From an uncultured Actinomycetes bacterium (GTDB lineage Bacteria; Actinomycetota; Thermoleophilia; UBA2241): 64,000 nucleotides of DNA. The DNA lies in contig CAVYCN010000004.1 in NCBI GenBank assembly GCA_963767005.1, forward strand, positions 416,001 through 480,000. The letters run 5' to 3'. Both the position numbers and the translations under genes were made by a program. Positions 39,272-49,441 of the stretch are shown piece by piece (position 1 is the stretch's first letter; every line of letters starts with the position of its first letter). Below the pieces are notes generated by a model. It did no database searches. It saw only the letters and a program-made list of their open reading frames with translations, and had not been told where the DNA came from.

Positions 39272-40462
39272 ATGGCGACCATGCCTAGGAAGCGCCTCTC
39301 GTTCCTCGATCGCTATCTCACCGCCTGGATCTTCCTGGCGATGGCGCTCGGCGTGTTTTTGGGCTGGACCTTTGCCGGCGTGCCCGCCTTCATCGATCGC
39401 TTCAAAGCGGGCACGACCAACATCCCCATCGCCTTCGGCCTGATCGTGATGATGTATCCGCCGCTTGCCAGGGTGCGCTACGAGGAGCTCGGCGACGTCT
39501 TTCGCGATTACAAGGTCCTCGGTCTCTCGCTCGTGCAGAACTGGGTGATTGGCCCGTTCCTCATGTTCTTCCTGGCGATCATCTTCCTGCACAACTACCC
39601 GCAGTTCATGGTGGGCCTCATCATGATCGGCCTGGCGCGCTGCATCGCCATGGTGATCGTCTGGAACCAGCTCGCCGACGGTGACACCGAGTACGCAGCC
39701 GGGCTGGTGGCTTTCAACGCGGTCTTCCAGGTGCTCTTCTACAGCCTCTTCGCCTGGGTCTTCGTGACCAGGCTGCCGCCGCTGTTCGGCCTGCACGGAG
39801 CCGCAGTCAACGTCTCGATCGGTCAGATCGCGAAGAGCGTCTTCATCTACCTCGGCATCCCGTTCCTGGCCGGCATGCTCACCCGCTACCTCGGGCTCAA
39901 GTACAAGGGCCGCCGCTGGTACGAGGAGACGTTCATACCGCGCATCAGCCCGCTGACACTGATCGCTCTGCTGTTCACGATCGTCGTCATGTTCAGCCTC
40001 AAGGGCCATCTCATCGTCAAGCTGCCGCTCGACGTCGTGCGCATCGCCATCCCGCTGCTCATCTACTTCGTCGTCATGTTCTTCGTGAGCTTCTACCTGG
40101 GCCGCAAGATCGGCGCCGACTACTCGAAGACCGCGACCCTGTCGTTCACGGCGGCCAGCAACAACTTCGAGCTCGCCATCGCCGTGAGCATCGCCGTGTT
40201 CGGGATCGGTTCGGGGGTGGCGTTTGCCGCCGTGATCGGGCCGCTTGTCGAAGTGCCGGTCATGATCGGCCTGGTCAACGTCGCCCTCTGGATGGGGCGC
40301 CGCTACTGGGCCCTGAGCGACGAACCCGTGCCGGCTGCGGTGGTCGCCGGCGTCGAGGAGGTCGCCTGCGACCCACCGAAGGAGCATGATCGCCCTGCCG
40401 TTCAGGCGTCCACAGATCCGCCCGCACAGCCTCGGCCCACAGCCAACCCGGAGGCGAGATGA
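39272..40462 (+). CDS. acr3: Arsenite efflux transporter Acr3
   Basis: [42 protein letters not shown]. Confidence 0.96.
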   Translation: MATMPRKRLSFLDRYLTAWIFLAMALGVFLGWTFAGVPAFIDRFKAGTTNIPIAFGLIVMMYPPLARVRYEELGDVFRDYKVLGLSLVQNWVIGPFLMFFLAIIFLHNYPQFMVGLIMIGLARCIAMVIVWNQLADGDTEYAAGLVAFNAVFQVLFYSLFAWVFVTRLPPLFGLHGAAVNVSIGQIAKSVFIYLGIPFLAGMLTRYLGLKYKGRRWYEETFIPRISPLTLIALLFTIVVMFSLKGHLIVKLPLDVVRIAIPLLIYFVVMFFVSFYLGRKIGADYSKTATLSFTAASNNFELAIAVSIAVFGIGSGVAFAAVIGPLVEVPVMIGLVNVALWMGRRYWALSDEPVPAAVVAGVEEVACDPPKEHDRPAVQASTDPPAQPRPTANPEAR

Positions 40463-40845
40463 AAGTCGTCAGAGAGCCCGTGGCGCCCGACAGCCTTGTC
40501 GATGTGGTGCCGTTCTTCAAAGTGTTCTGTAACTCGACCCGTGCCCAGATCATCGACTTTCTGCTGAGAGGCGAACGCTGTGTCTGCGAGATGACCGGGC
40601 CGCTCGACCAGAGTCAGCCCCTGGTCTCCCATCACCTCGCCCTGCTGCGTGACGCCGGCATTGTGCGCATGCGCAGCGAGGGTGCGCGCACCTACTACTC
40701 CATCGACTGGGAGCGGTTCGACGGCGAGCTCAAGGGCTTCCTCGATTACGTCGGTCAGCGGCGCAGCGCACCGCACGACGCCGACGCCACGCGCAGCGCC
40801 TGTGCGGTAGCCGCCAAGCCGGCGAAGAAGCGCAACGCCTCATGA
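40459..40845 (+). CDS. arsR: ArsR/SmtB metalloregulator
   Basis: [23 protein letters not shown]. Confidence 0.9.
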   Translation: MKVVREPVAPDSLVDVVPFFKVFCNSTRAQIIDFLLRGERCVCEMTGPLDQSQPLVSHHLALLRDAGIVRMRSEGARTYYSIDWERFDGELKGFLDYVGQRRSAPHDADATRSACAVAAKPAKKRNAS

Positions 40846-42137
40846 CGACAAAAGGAGAGCGGGGCGTGGCAGACGACGCGACAGGCGTGGGGGAGACGGA
40901 CGAGCAGGGTCTGGCCGGCAGCGACTGCTGCGCTTCGTTGCCGGCATCCGGCGGCTCATGCTGCGATAGCACCGTGGAGTCCGCCGTTCCGACTCCGCAG
41001 AGCGCGTGCTGTGGCGCGTCCGCCAAGCAGCCGCAAAAGGAGCCCCAGCAGAGCTCCTGCTGCGGCGCCGCGACGGCGCGGCCGGCCGAGTACAGCTACG
41101 GTCCCGCCGCCTACATCACGGGCACGATCGAGACGCCCGCCGGGGATATCCCGCGAGTGTCCCGCGAGATCGAACGCAGCGATCGCCTGGGCGCCTGGCG
41201 GGTGCGCTGGGGCTTCGGTCGCAATGACTACCGCGTAAAGCCCGGTCTGTACGGGCTGGGCACGCCCGACGCAGCTGCGCCCGTACTGGTCACCGCAAAC
41301 TACAAGCTCACCTTCGACGCGCTGCGCTCGTCGCTCGCCGATCTCGATGCCTGGCTGCTTGTCGCAGACACGCGCGGCGTCAACGTCTGGTGCGCGGCCG
41401 GCAAGGGCAGCTTCTGCGCCGAGGAGATCGCTCGCGTGGTTCACGAGACGCGTCTTGCCGAGATCGTCGATCACCGGCGGCTGGTGCTGCCGCAACTCTC
41501 GGCGCCGGGAGTCGCCGCCCACAAGGTCAAGGAAGCCTGCGGCTTTCGTGCCGTCTTCGGGCCGGTGCGCGCCGTCGACCTGCCCGCCTTTGTGGCCGCC
41601 GGCATGAAGGCCGACCCGCAGATGCGCGCCGTCACCTTCGACGCGCGCGAGCGCGCCGTCCTCACACCGGCCGAGCTGCAGGTGGCCTGGGGCCGCCGCA
41701 TGATGTTGGCCTACGCCGGCATTCTGGCCGTCTCGGCGATCGGCCACGACGGCGTATCCCTCAGGCGGGCCGCGCGTCGCGGTGGGCCCGTCATCGCGGG
41801 CACCTGGTTTGCCCTGCTCGCGGGTGGCGCCGCAACGCCGCTCGCCCTGCCCTGGCTGCCGGGCCGCGCCTTCTCGGCGAAAGGTGCTGTGGCGGGAGGA
41901 GTTGCGGCAGTGGCCGCTGCGGCGGTGTTTCGCCGCCGGCTCTCGCCGGCCGCAAAGCTCGCTCTGCTGGCGGGCGTGCCTGCCGTCTCCTCCTATGCCG
42001 CCATGAACTTCACCGGCTCGTCGCCGATCACCTCGCCCTCCGGTGTCGAGCTCGAGATGCGCCGCGCGCTGCCCTGGCAGGCCGCGGCATCGGTCGTGGC
42101 CGTCGGCGCCTGGCTTGCCCACAGAATGGGAAGGTGA
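40842..42137 (+). CDS. hgcA: Mercury methylation corrinoid protein HgcA
   Basis: PVLVTANYKLTFD, cap-helix NVWCAAGK, LPQLSAPG, FGPVRA, C-terminal TMs and MNFTGSSPITSPSGV..EM. Confidence 0.95.
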   Translation: MTTKGERGVADDATGVGETDEQGLAGSDCCASLPASGGSCCDSTVESAVPTPQSACCGASAKQPQKEPQQSSCCGAATARPAEYSYGPAAYITGTIETPAGDIPRVSREIERSDRLGAWRVRWGFGRNDYRVKPGLYGLGTPDAAAPVLVTANYKLTFDALRSSLADLDAWLLVADTRGVNVWCAAGKGSFCAEEIARVVHETRLAEIVDHRRLVLPQLSAPGVAAHKVKEACGFRAVFGPVRAVDLPAFVAAGMKADPQMRAVTFDARERAVLTPAELQVAWGRRMMLAYAGILAVSAIGHDGVSLRRAARRGGPVIAGTWFALLAGGAATPLALPWLPGRAFSAKGAVAGGVAAVAAAAVFRRRLSPAAKLALLAGVPAVSSYAAMNFTGSSPITSPSGVELEMRRALPWQAAASVVAVGAWLAHRMGR

Positions 42138-42142
42138 GCGCG

Positions 42143-42418
42143 ATGCCGCAACTGCGCTACATCGACCAAGCCGTCACATTGGAGCTCGACGTAGGACGCT
42201 GCAACGGCTGCGGTCTCTGCCTGGCAGTCTGCCCGCGCGCCGTCTTTGCCCTCGCCGACGGTCGCGCCTCACTGGTGGATCGAGGCGCCTGCATCGAGTG
42301 CGGCGCCTGCGCCCTCAACTGCGTGTCTGGCGCTATCAGCGTCGATTCCGGTGTGGGCTGCGCACAGGCGATAATCCACGGCTGGCTGACGGGCGGCGAG
42401 CCCAGCTGCGACTGCTAA
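42143..42418 (+). CDS. hgcB: Mercury methylation ferredoxin HgcB
   Basis: CNGCGLC..CP, CIECGACALNC, GVGCA, C-terminal CDC; directly after hgcA. Confidence 0.93.
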   Translation: MPQLRYIDQAVTLELDVGRCNGCGLCLAVCPRAVFALADGRASLVDRGACIECGACALNCVSGAISVDSGVGCAQAIIHGWLTGGEPSCDC

Positions 42419-42448
42419 GACGCGTACTACAACGGCGGAGGGGAGAGC

Positions 42449-43222
42449 ATGGGGCCCGAATGGAACCTCTACGAGCGGCTGCTCGCTGAACTACCCAGCG
42501 ACGAGCACGTGCGCGCCTGCCTCGTGGGCAGTGCCTGGACGCTAGTCGAGGCTGTCGGGGTGGGCATGGCGATGTCGTTCCACGACGACACCTGGCTGTC
42601 GTGCACCACGTCGCCAATCGCGGGTCGACCACTTGCCGAAGTGGCCACACAAATGACGAGCTGGAACCTGACCGAGGCCGCGATCGGCCTGGCCGCCCTA
42701 AACGCGCACTACAACTCCAGGGAGCGCGTCGAGCAATGGCTCGGTCGGCGCATCGGCGACAGCGAGGACAGCCCCGTCTTTCGCTCGCTGGAAGACGAGC
42801 TCGCCGGCACGAAGGTGGGCGTGATCGGTCACTTCCCCGGTCTCGAGCGACTGGCCGCCCGTTGCACGCTCACGGTCTTCGAGCGGCGGCCACGACCCGG
42901 TGACCTGCCCGACTACGCCGAGGACTACCTGCTGCCCTCCATGGACTGGGTCCTGATCAGCGGCACGGCGCTCACCAACAAGACCCTGCCGCACCTCCTC
43001 GACATCACGCACAAGGCCCGCGTCGTGCTGGTCGGTCCGAGCGTGCCGCTCACGCCGCTGTGGTTCGAGCTCGGTGTCCACATGCTGGCCGGCAGCGTGG
43101 TGATCGACCGGGAGCGGCTGTGGCCCGTCGTGCAGGAGGGCTCCTGCTTCGAGGTGTTCAGGAACGGGGCCGCAAGGATTCAGGTCACCGTGGACGATCT
43201 GCCGGGCGGTCGGAGGGCGTAG
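42449..43222 (+). CDS. DUF364 / Rossmann-like putative heavy-metal chelation protein
   Basis: SWNLTEAAIGLAALNA, VIGHFP, ISGTALTNKTLPHLL, LVGPS. Confidence 0.8.
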   Translation: MGPEWNLYERLLAELPSDEHVRACLVGSAWTLVEAVGVGMAMSFHDDTWLSCTTSPIAGRPLAEVATQMTSWNLTEAAIGLAALNAHYNSRERVEQWLGRRIGDSEDSPVFRSLEDELAGTKVGVIGHFPGLERLAARCTLTVFERRPRPGDLPDYAEDYLLPSMDWVLISGTALTNKTLPHLLDITHKARVVLVGPSVPLTPLWFELGVHMLAGSVVIDRERLWPVVQEGSCFEVFRNGAARIQVTVDDLPGGRRA

Positions 43223-43481
43223 CTCGGCGAGGGCCGACTTCCAAGGTCCGAGGTAGTGAGCATCGGTCGTTGCCGCCATTCGCATGGGGTGGAGTCGGGG
43301 GCTATCTGTACTCGATTGGTACTCCCAACTTGAGCTGACGAGGTCTCGTTGGGCAATGCAGAGCGCCTCGGTGACGTAGTGGTCCTTTGGCGTATCCCCA
43401 CAGGGGACAGACGAGTCAAGACGGAGGAAGTACGACCGGCACCTTGTGCCTAGAAGCAAGGGGGAATCTAGAAGAAGAAAG

Positions 43482-43557
43482 TGGTGCCCCCAACGGAATT
43501 CGAATCCGTGCTGCCGGCTTGAAAGGCCGGTGTCCTAGGCCGCTAGACGATGGGGGC
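43482..43557 (-). tRNA. tRNA-Glu (TTC)
   Basis: GCCCCCATCGTCTAGCGGCCTAGGACACCGGCC-TTTCAA-GCCGG..GGATTCGAATTCC..GGGGGCACCA; encoded CCA end. Confidence 0.96.
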
Positions 43558-43703
43558 ACGCCTGGGTTCAGCGCAGGTAGTATATCCGCTCGCATCGGGG
43601 GTTCCGTCGCGTGTCGCTCATCCCCTCACGCCGTTTGCCCCCGCCGCCGATGACGCACAACCTGGGGTAGAGTCTTCTCTGAACGCATCCAAGGAGTCGG
43701 CAA

Positions 43704-45266
43704 GTGAGCAAGGACACGGCGGCACGCACCAGGTCTCGCGTCGCGGGGCGCGAGAAGACGGACGGCAAACCGAAGGACGGGGCGAAGGCAAGCGGTAGGG
43801 AGAAGGCGAGCGGCAAGGCGCGCGGCAACGGCAAAGCTGCCGTCGCTGCGACGGCAGCGACCGTGCGCGGGACGGCCAGGGAGGCGGCCGCGGGGGCGCG
43901 CGGCGACGGCGCCAACGGCGCCGGTGGCGGTCTCAAGCGGGCGGCCATCGAGCGCTTCGACCAGGTCTTCGTCGGCGAGCCGCGTAACCGTCTGGCGCTG
44001 AACGCCGTCACCGCCGGCAAGATCCAGGTCGTGGCGCGCAACCGCGAGGCGGTCGTGCGCTCCGGGGAGCGCACCTTCTCTCACCTGATCAAGACCCCCG
44101 ACATCACAAACCAGAAGCAGAGCGGGCGCTGCTGGATGTTCGCCGGCCTGAACGTGCTGCGAGTCGAGGCGATGAAGCGCCTCAAGCTCGACCAGTTCGA
44201 GCTCTCCCAGACCTACCTGCAGTTCTACGACAAGCTCGAGAAGGCGAACTGGTTCCTCGAGACGATGATCGCCACGGCTGACGAGCCCACCGAAGGGCGC
44301 CTGATCAGCTTCCTGCTGGAGGACCCGATCCAGGACGGCGGCCAGTGGGACATGTTCGCCGACCTCGTGCGTAAGTACGGCGTCGTGCCCAAGAGCGTCA
44401 TGCCCGAGGCCGAGTCGAGCGGCGAGTCGGCGCCCATGAACGGCGTGCTGCGGACCAAGCTGCGCGAGTACGCGGCCGAGCTGCGACGGCGGAAGGCCGG
44501 CGGCGCAGCCGCCGGCGCTCTCCGACGCCGCAAGGACGCGATGCTCGAGACGATCTACCGCATGCTGGCCATCCACCTCGGCCGGCCGCCACGCGCGTTC
44601 GAGTGGCAGTGGCGCGACTCCGGCGACGAGTTCCACCGCGACGGCGAGCTCACCCCGCACGAGTTCTACGAGCGCTACGTGGGCCTCGACCTCGACGACT
44701 TCGTGAGCCTCATCAACTGCCCGACGCCGGACAAGCCGTTCGGCCGCCTCTACACGGTGCAGTACCTGGGCAACGTGGTGGGCGGCACGCCGGTGCGCTA
44801 CGTCAACGTCGACATCGACGCCTTCAAGAAGGCCGCCGTGGCGCAGATCGCCGCCGGCGAGCCGGTCTGGTTCGGCTGCGACGTCGGCAAGATGTCGGAG
44901 CGCGAGCAGGGCGCCCTCGACCGCGAGATCTACGACCTCGAGCTGCTCTACGAGACGAGCTTCACGGCCGACAAGGCCGAGCGCGTCGAGTACGGCCACA
45001 GCGTCATGACCCACGCCATGGTGCTCACCGGCGTCGACCTGGACGACAAGGGCCGGCCGCGCAAGTGGAAGGTCGAGAACAGCTGGGGCGACAAGGTCGG
45101 CGACAAGGGCTACTTCGTGATGAGCGACTCGTGGTTCGACGACTACATGTTCGAGGTCGTGGTCGCCCGCCGGCACCTGCCCAGGAAGCTCCTGAAGGCG
45201 CTCGAGACCGAGCCGGTGGTCCTGCCGCCGTGGGACCCGATGGGCTCGCTCGCCCGCGACTGCTGA
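43704..45266 (+). CDS. pepC: Aminopeptidase C / bleomycin hydrolase (C1B)
   Basis: NQKQSGRCW, DGGQWDM, THAM, VENSWG, PWDPMG. Confidence 0.94.
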   Translation: MSKDTAARTRSRVAGREKTDGKPKDGAKASGREKASGKARGNGKAAVAATAATVRGTAREAAAGARGDGANGAGGGLKRAAIERFDQVFVGEPRNRLALNAVTAGKIQVVARNREAVVRSGERTFSHLIKTPDITNQKQSGRCWMFAGLNVLRVEAMKRLKLDQFELSQTYLQFYDKLEKANWFLETMIATADEPTEGRLISFLLEDPIQDGGQWDMFADLVRKYGVVPKSVMPEAESSGESAPMNGVLRTKLREYAAELRRRKAGGAAAGALRRRKDAMLETIYRMLAIHLGRPPRAFEWQWRDSGDEFHRDGELTPHEFYERYVGLDLDDFVSLINCPTPDKPFGRLYTVQYLGNVVGGTPVRYVNVDIDAFKKAAVAQIAAGEPVWFGCDVGKMSEREQGALDREIYDLELLYETSFTADKAERVEYGHSVMTHAMVLTGVDLDDKGRPRKWKVENSWGDKVGDKGYFVMSDSWFDDYMFEVVVARRHLPRKLLKALETEPVVLPPWDPMGSLARDC

Positions 45267-45273
45267 CGACGCG

Positions 45274-46635
45274 CTACGGCGTCGTGCTCTGCGTCGAGCC
45301 GTATGTGGCGCCGACGCCGGCGGGGCTCGGCGCCGGGCTCGGCGACCACGACGGAACGCCGCCCGGCGTCGACCGCGCCACGGCGACGGCGATGGCGTCC
45401 TGCGCCTCGTGGGCGGCGGTCACGTCGATCCAGTACGGCGCGGTGTCCATGAGCACCGAGAACAGCAGCCAGTGGCCGTTGGCGCTCGTCGCGAAGCCCG
45501 ACAGATTGCTCGCCACCGACAGGGTGCCGGTCTTGGCGTGGACGTTGTCGTAGGCGGCGGTGTGCCGCATGCGGTCGGAGAGCGTGCCGTCGACGCCGGC
45601 CACCGCGAGTGAGTCGTAGAAGGTCTGCCAGTCGCTGCGCAGCATCATGGCGCGCAGCAGGGCCGTGAAGTCGAGCGCGCTGAGGCGGTCCTTGTAGCTC
45701 AGACCGGAGCCGTCGGCCAGCGTGAAGCTCTTGGTCGGGATGCCGGCCGACACCAGGAAGGCGCGGTCGACCTTGAGGCCGCGGGCGGTCGTGCCGCCGC
45801 CGCCGAAGGCGGCGCCCAGGCCCTTCGTAAGCTCCTCGGCGAGGAAGTTGTCGCTCGGCTTGTCCATGGCGGCCAGGATGCGCCAGAGCGGCGCCGAGAG
45901 CTCGGTGTACGACAGCTTGGCCTTGGCCGGCGTCGGCCACACGGTGGGCTTGCCGCTTACGGGCACGCCGTTCCTGATCAGGGCGTTGGTGAGCTGCTGG
46001 GCGAAGGTGCGGGCCGGATCGGCGAGCCGGCCGCCGCTCGCCGACAGGTCGCCGTTCAGGCAGAGCGCCGACAGCGGCGCGCAGTCGTCGACCTCGTCCG
46101 AGTGCCACGAACCCACCGTGCGCAGGCCGTCGAAGTAGGTGCCGTCGCCGACCACGCGGCCCACGATGCGTTTGACGCCGGCCTTCCTGAGGGCGGTGAC
46201 GAAGTCGCCCAGGCGTGAGGTGGTGAAGTGGTAGACGTTGCGCTGGTAGGCGCCGGTCGACAGGGTCGGATCGCCGAACCCCTTGATGAAGATCATGCCG
46301 GTGTAGGTGCCGTCGGCCGCGATCGTGCCGGTCGTGAACATCTCGGTCTTGAAGCGGTGCGCGGCACCCCACTCGGCGAGCGCGGTCGCCGTGGTGACGA
46401 GCTTCTCGTTCGAGGCCGGCATGAGCTTCGTCGCGATGTTGTGCGCATAGAGGCCGGCGCCGGTCGACAGGTCGTAGACGCGGACGTCGCTCGTGGACCC
46501 GGCGAAGCCGTGGGCCTTGAGCGCCGCGGTGATGCGCGACTGGAGGGTGGTCGCCGTGGCGGCGGCCGGCGCCGCCAGCGCCAGACCGACGAGCGCGACC
46601 AGCGTCAGCTTGAGGACGAGACGACGGATCGGCAT
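45274..46635 (-). CDS. dacB: D-Ala-D-Ala carboxypeptidase/endopeptidase PBP4 (S13)
   Basis: PASNEK (SxxK), SDN, DGSGLS, AKTGT. Confidence 0.93.
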   Translation of the reverse strand: MPIRRLVLKLTLVALVGLALAAPAAATATTLQSRITAALKAHGFAGSTSDVRVYDLSTGAGLYAHNIATKLMPASNEKLVTTATALAEWGAAHRFKTEMFTTGTIAADGTYTGMIFIKGFGDPTLSTGAYQRNVYHFTTSRLGDFVTALRKAGVKRIVGRVVGDGTYFDGLRTVGSWHSDEVDDCAPLSALCLNGDLSASGGRLADPARTFAQQLTNALIRNGVPVSGKPTVWPTPAKAKLSYTELSAPLWRILAAMDKPSDNFLAEELTKGLGAAFGGGGTTARGLKVDRAFLVSAGIPTKSFTLADGSGLSYKDRLSALDFTALLRAMMLRSDWQTFYDSLAVAGVDGTLSDRMRHTAAYDNVHAKTGTLSVASNLSGFATSANGHWLLFSVLMDTAPYWIDVTAAHEAQDAIAVAVARSTPGGVPSWSPSPAPSPAGVGATYGSTQSTTP

Positions 46636-46797
46636 GGCTCCCTCCGGGTCTGCGCTGGCGAACGGGCCCGACCACGGCCGGACCGGCGGTCGCCTTCGAG
46701 ACTACCCGCCGCGGCTCGCCAGGACAAGCACGGCGCGGCGCACCGGCAGCGGCGGCGCGAGGTCGGGCGTCCGAGGGGCGCCGGGTGCCGGCCGGGC

Positions 46798-47225
46798 TCA
46801 GCCGGCGATGCGCAGCCGGGCGCTCACGACCGCACCGCGATCGCGCTCGATGCGCACGTCGTCCATGAGGTAGTGGAGCAGGAACAGGCCGCGGCCGTGC
46901 TGCTCGAACGGGTCGGGCGTGCGCGAGACATCGATGTACCCCGGTTCGAAGCCGGCCCCGTGGTCGCGGATGACGAGGAGGACGTCGGTGGCCGAGACAC
47001 CGAGGGTCACGTCGATGTCGCGGTCGGTGCCGCTGAAGCGGATGGCGTTCTTGCAGGCTTCTTCCATGCACAGCACGACGTCGAAGACGGTGCGTTCGGG
47101 CACCGAGGACTCGCGCAGGAACACGCGGGCCTGGTCGCGGGCGCCCGGCAGGGCCGACGCCACGGCGGCGACCGTGAGGCTGAGCGAGCACCCGACGGCG
47201 GCGCAGGGCACGCAGCGCGAGACGC
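46798..47225 (-). CDS. RsbW-like anti-sigma factor/Ser kinase (HATPase_c_2)
   Basis: EEACKNAIRFS, DHGAGF, HGRGLFL; start codon uncertain. Confidence 0.8.
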
Positions 47226-47449
47226 CGCGAGGGCCACCTGTGGGGCCGGGGACCGGTTCGAGGGGCGGCCGAGCCTCTGATCCGGGCTCATAGACGGGTT
47301 CGGGAAGCGCTGCTGCGGTCACTTGGTGCTCATCATCGGGTCTCGCCTGTCTCATGCCCGCTCGCCGGCAATCGTGCACCTGGTCGACCGTGAGGTGGAC
47401 GGCAGGGGGGTCGGCCGCCGGACCCGGCGGGGCGTGTCCGGGCAGGGCC

Positions 47450-48559
47450 TCATGGTCGCCAGGCAGCCGCGCCGGCGCCGTCGTGCGAGATCACGGCCGC
47501 GAGCGCGGCGACGATGGCCGCCCGCGACGTGACGAGGCCGAGCTCGCGGTTGTAGAGCAGCGAGGCCACCGAGAAGTTCTGGGAGCCGACGAAGGCGCGC
47601 GCGCGGGCGCTGCCGGGGTCGACGACGATCGCCTTGGCGTGGATGTAGAGGGGTGCGGACGCGGCGTAGGTGCGCACGTTGACGCCGGCCCGGGCGAGCG
47701 CGGAGAAGGCCGCCGCCCACGAGCTCTCGCGGGTCATGACCACCTCGACCTTCACGCCGCGCCGGGCGGCGGCCCGCAGTGCGCTCGTCACGGCGTCGTC
47801 GTCCATCTCTTCGTTTTCGACGAGCAGCCGGTGCCGGGCCGAGTCGATGAGCGCGACCAGCGCGTCCTGGGCTCCGGGGCTCCAGACGAGACCCGCCGGC
47901 GAGCTCGCCGGCAGGCCGCCGTTCGTCCAGTCGTCGGCGAAGGTGGTGGCGACGGCGGCCACGTCGGCGCGCACACCGTCGAGCAGCACGAAGTCGCGCG
48001 TGCTCGAGTAGTAGCGGGCGGTGAGGTTCATGGTCATGATGGCGGCGCGTTGGCCGTCGACGACAATCGCCTTCTCGTGGGTGAGGTCGAACCGTGAGGG
48101 CGCCCAGCGCACGGCGACCCCGTGGGACCGCAGGTAGGCGAAGGCCGGCTGGTTGTAGCGGCCGACGTAGTGGTCGTTCAGGAGCACCCGCACGCGCACG
48201 CCGCGCGCGGCGTCGGCGGCGAGGATGGTGTCGGCCTGGTCGTCTTCGAGCTCGTAGATCTCGACGTCGACGCTGTGCCGCGCCGAGCGGAGCAGGGCGT
48301 AGACCGGCCCGAGCCCGGCGTCGGGTTCGACCACGAGCGAAAGCGCCCCGCTTTGGGCGCGCTGATGGACGGCGCCGCCGGAGCGGGCGTGCTTGTGCTT
48401 GTGGTGAGAGGCCTTCGTGGCGCTCGCCCGCGGCGACGGTGAGGAAGACCCGGGTGTGGCCGGCGTCTGGTGCAGGGCGGCGAGCGCCGCCGCCACGACG
48501 ATCACGAGGATCAGCAGGGCGCCGCCCCCGGCCGCGCGCCGGCCGCGCCGCCTAGCCAC
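47450..48559 (-). CDS. Phospholipase D-like protein
   Basis: Two HKD motifs (HEKAIVVD, HAKAIVVD), GSQN, N-terminal TM. Confidence 0.9.
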   Translation of the reverse strand: MARRRGRRAAGGGALLILVIVVAAALAALHQTPATPGSSSPSPRASATKASHHKHKHARSGGAVHQRAQSGALSLVVEPDAGLGPVYALLRSARHSVDVEIYELEDDQADTILAADAARGVRVRVLLNDHYVGRYNQPAFAYLRSHGVAVRWAPSRFDLTHEKAIVVDGQRAAIMTMNLTARYYSSTRDFVLLDGVRADVAAVATTFADDWTNGGLPASSPAGLVWSPGAQDALVALIDSARHRLLVENEEMDDDAVTSALRAAARRGVKVEVVMTRESSWAAAFSALARAGVNVRTYAASAPLYIHAKAIVVDPGSARARAFVGSQNFSVASLLYNRELGLVTSRAAIVAALAAVISHDGAGAAAWRP

Positions 48560-48750
48560 GGCGCCGGCCCCCGCTGCGGACCACGGTCACCCGCGATCGG
48601 CGCCGGCCCATGTGTCGCTCACCACTCCTTGTGCGTCGGCTGCCCATCTCTGCCTGCAGCGTAGCGTTCGACGCGGGGTGGCGAAGCCCCCCGCGGCCCG
48701 CCGTTGGGTTGGCGATGGAGCCCGCGCGAGGGTGGCGAATCGCGCAGACT

Positions 48751-49407
48751 CTACGGCGCGACGTCGAGCTCGGCGAGCAGCGGCCGCGCGAGCTGCTCCC
48801 ACAGGCGGATGGCGCCGGTCACGTCGGCCCCATCGGGGTCGAGGCCGTGCTGGATCGCGAGGCCGTCGACGATGGCGATCATCAGCACCGCGAACGGCCG
48901 CAGCCGCTGCGCCTGCGCCGTGTCGGCGTCGTCGAGGCAGCGCCACACGGTCTCGCGGTAGCCGTCGTAGAGGGTCGCCACGCGCCGGCGCAGCGCCGGG
49001 TCGCGTAACGCATGGGGCAACACCTCGAAGAAGGCCTGGAACGACTCGGCGTCGGCCACGATGCGCGACTCGCCGTCCACCAGGGCGCGCACCCGGGCGC
49101 CGGCCGACGGCTGGGCCTCGCACTCCCTGATCAGGGCGCGGTTCGCGTCGTGGACGAGCGAGTCGACGAGCGCCGCCATCAGGCCGTCCTTGTTGGCGAA
49201 GTGGTAGCCGATGCTGCCCTTGGCCTCGCCGGCCTCTTCGGCGATCGCCGCGAAGGTGAGGGCGCCGTAGCCGTCGCGGATCAGGAGCCGGCGGGCCGCG
49301 GCGAGCAGGTGCCGCGCGGTCGGCGGCAGGGCCGCCATGGGGTCGTCGAGCAGCAACCGCTCTGCGTCGCGACGCTGCCGATCGGGTCGTGTCTGCTGTT
49401 CGCCCAT
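48751..49407 (-). CDS. TetR family regulator divergent from the agmatine operon
   Basis: LLAAARR..GYGALTFAAIAEEAGE..IGYHFANK. Confidence 0.88.
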   Translation of the reverse strand: MGEQQTRPDRQRRDAERLLLDDPMAALPPTARHLLAAARRLLIRDGYGALTFAAIAEEAGEAKGSIGYHFANKDGLMAALVDSLVHDANRALIRECEAQPSAGARVRALVDGESRIVADAESFQAFFEVLPHALRDPALRRRVATLYDGYRETVWRCLDDADTAQAQRLRPFAVLMIAIVDGLAIQHGLDPDGADVTGAIRLWEQLARPLLAELDVAP

Positions 49408-49441
49408 GCCGTCCTTCGCGGTTGTGGGGACACCGCCGTCA

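Noticed and set aside
40842-42137. CdhD/CdhE acetyl-CoA synthase subunit as an alternative call
   Set aside because: The cap-helix Cys motif, C-terminal TM region and adjacent HgcB-type ferredoxin indicate HgcA.
43223-43481. Integrase or att site beside the tRNA
   Set aside because: No recognisable recombinase motifs, and no duplicate of the tRNA 3' end was seen in the window.
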